Under the pieces are notes generated by a model. That model searched no databases. It was not told the DNA's origin and worked only from the letters and a program-made list of their open reading frames with translations. This document shows positions 55,687 through 56,880 of a stretch of 56,880 nucleotides of DNA, one piece after another; the stretch's first letter is position 1; every line of letters begins with the position of its first letter. A program made the translations under genes and the position numbers. Source of the stretch: a virus (Duplodnaviria; Caudoviricetes); the IMG/VR virus record IMGVR_UViG_3300025676_000022, positions 1-56,880 of that record, one strand, 5' to 3'.

Positions 55687-56880
55687 TTATTTCCAGATAG
55701 CGTGTGATTCTGGCATCTTAAATTCGAAACCAGCTTCAGTAAGAATCATATCTACTCTCTTGTCTACACCTGAGTTTTCTAAGTTCTGAACTCCTACGTA
55801 AATTGAGGTATCACGATTCACACCATTACCAACTAGTGGTCTGTATTTAACATTATTCATGTTAATAGCTAGGATTTTAACGTGACTTCCATCTAAAGCA
55901 ATACATCTAGCAACATTCATTTTGCCGTATACTGTTGTGATTTCAGTTACATCTAAGCCCATTACTTTTTTACGACCAGTTACTGCTAGGTCTGCTCTAA
56001 ATTGGTCATCGATGTCGATGTTTTGTTTAAAGAATCCACCTAGTTTATGCAACCAAGTATACACTTCAGTACTACATAAGAATACTGTTGCTGCGTCTTG
56101 GTTGTATCTTGGGTCTTGATATTTTGACATATCTTGTAAGAAATCATCAATATTCTTTGATGAAGTCCAACTGAAGATATTACCATAATTCAAGATATAG
56201 TCTACTGCACCTTGTGTATGTGCTACACTTGAGTCAGTTACTTGAGAACTAAATAGTCCTGCGTGTTCTATATCCCATTTATGTTCAATCAACTTATCTT
56301 TCCAAACACGAGCCCATTCGTTTGGTTCATACTTTAGAGCTGTTGCTCTTGCGGTATTAGTCATTCCGAACTCAGTTCTGAAGATTTGTGTTTGTCCATA
56401 ACCTGTTGAATATGGATTGTCTTTCCATGTAGTTCCTAATAATGAAGAACCTTCTCCGAAAGAGTTACCTACTACGTAAGTACGTTTTTCTTCTAATTGT
56501 TCTGCAATATCAAGATTGTAAGTAACACATTGTGCTACATTACTTGCATAGGAAGCTGATTCTAATACTTCAGGTACTCTAAGAATCTTACCTGTTACTA
56601 GTTTAGCTTCAGCGGTTGCTGAGCCTGTTCCTGAGCTTGCACTCAGATTAGCTGCTGCTTGAGCTGCTACTGCAGTAATACGAACCAACATATAATCTGT
56701 TGCTGCTCCGCCACCTGCTGTACTTGACATAGGAACCTTAATCATTTGATTGACTTGTAAGAACTCAGGTGCTGTACCTGCATCTCCTACTTTAATCGCA
56801 CCATTTGATTGTCCTTGTACGTTTTGAATATTACCTGCACTGAAATAATCAGTTGCCATGTATAGTTTTACTTCTCCACC
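55687..56880 (-). CDS. major capsid protein 2 (SU10 MCP / DUF5309 type), 5'-truncated by the window edge
   Basis: GNSFGEG, QTQIFRT, KLIEHKWDIE, YRPLVGNGVNRDT, DMILTEAG, PESHA. Frame is open to 56880 and the N-terminal region of capsid 1 has no counterpart in view. Confidence 0.9.
   Translation of the reverse strand, partial: GGEVKLYMATDYFSAGNIQNVQGQSNGAIKVGDAGTAPEFLQVNQMIKVPMSSTAGGGAATDYMLVRITAVAAQAAANLSASSGTGSATAEAKLVTGKILRVPEVLESASYASNVAQCVTYNLDIAEQLEEKRTYVVGNSFGEGSSLLGTTWKDNPYSTGYGQTQIFRTEFGMTNTARATALKYEPNEWARVWKDKLIEHKWDIEHAGLFSSQVTDSSVAHTQGAVDYILNYGNIFSWTSSKNIDDFLQDMSKYQDPRYNQDAATVFLCSTEVYTWLHKLGGFFKQNIDIDDQFRADLAVTGRKKVMGLDVTEITTVYGKMNVARCIALDGSHVKILAINMNNVKYRPLVGNGVNRDTSIYVGVQNLENSGVDKRVDMILTEAGFEFKMPESHAIWK

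Noticed and set aside
240-56119. Numerous opposite-strand ORFs in the track (e.g. 475..699, 4067..4588, 42288..42830, 46863..47141, 29783..30181)
   Set aside because: Antisense shadows of real genes caused by codon bias, with no SD or motifs. The similarity of 475..699 and 46863..47141 only mirrors the duplicated sense genes.
55687-56859. Capsid 2 as an N-terminally deleted pseudogene
   Set aside because: The frame stays open to the window edge (GGEVKLYM), so the shortness is a window artefact.
45242-56880. Duplication as circular-assembly overlap or terminal redundancy
   Set aside because: The copies are diverged in sequence and differ in gene content; an overlap would be essentially identical.
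1-56880. Prophage or stop-codon recoding
   Set aside because: No integrase, att-linked host genes or repressor switch seen; long genes are intact in the standard code and TAA, TAG and TGA all serve as stops.

Overview
AT-rich tailed-phage (Caudoviricetes, podovirus-like) sequence read in the standard genetic code. No integrase, DNA polymerase, primase, reverse transcriptase, CRISPR array or cellular flank is recognisable. Layout: (i) 1-22.6 kb, minus strand: packaging and virion module 1 (terminase small/large, P22-like portal, scaffold, SU10/DUF5309-type major capsid protein, adaptors, an envelope-protein cassette, 3TM holin, nozzle, S74-chaperone tail fibre, two small genes, start of a lysozyme-like gene). 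(ii) 22.6-23.2 kb: non-coding divergent control region. (iii) 23.2-36.5 kb, plus strand: early and replication genes (glutamine amidotransferase, amidoligase, GroES, RHH regulator, Cas4-like nuclease, Rad52-like annealase, SSB-like protein, resolvase, DnaB). (iv) 36.5-56.9 kb, minus strand: a second, collinear but diverged virion module (second capsid protein, same adaptor trio, head-spike base, fibres, S74 fibre, the same two small genes, a GAMT/RMT2-like methyltransferase, lysozyme-like gene, ejection proteins). The main signal is two paralogous virion-building programmes in one contig. Module 2 lacks a nozzle and holin in the visible part. The fibre ends of the two modules are far more alike than their capsids. 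Whether this is one dual-virion phage or two related genomes joined near 22.9 kb cannot be settled from this window. All family calls are motif recognition by eye, not database searches.
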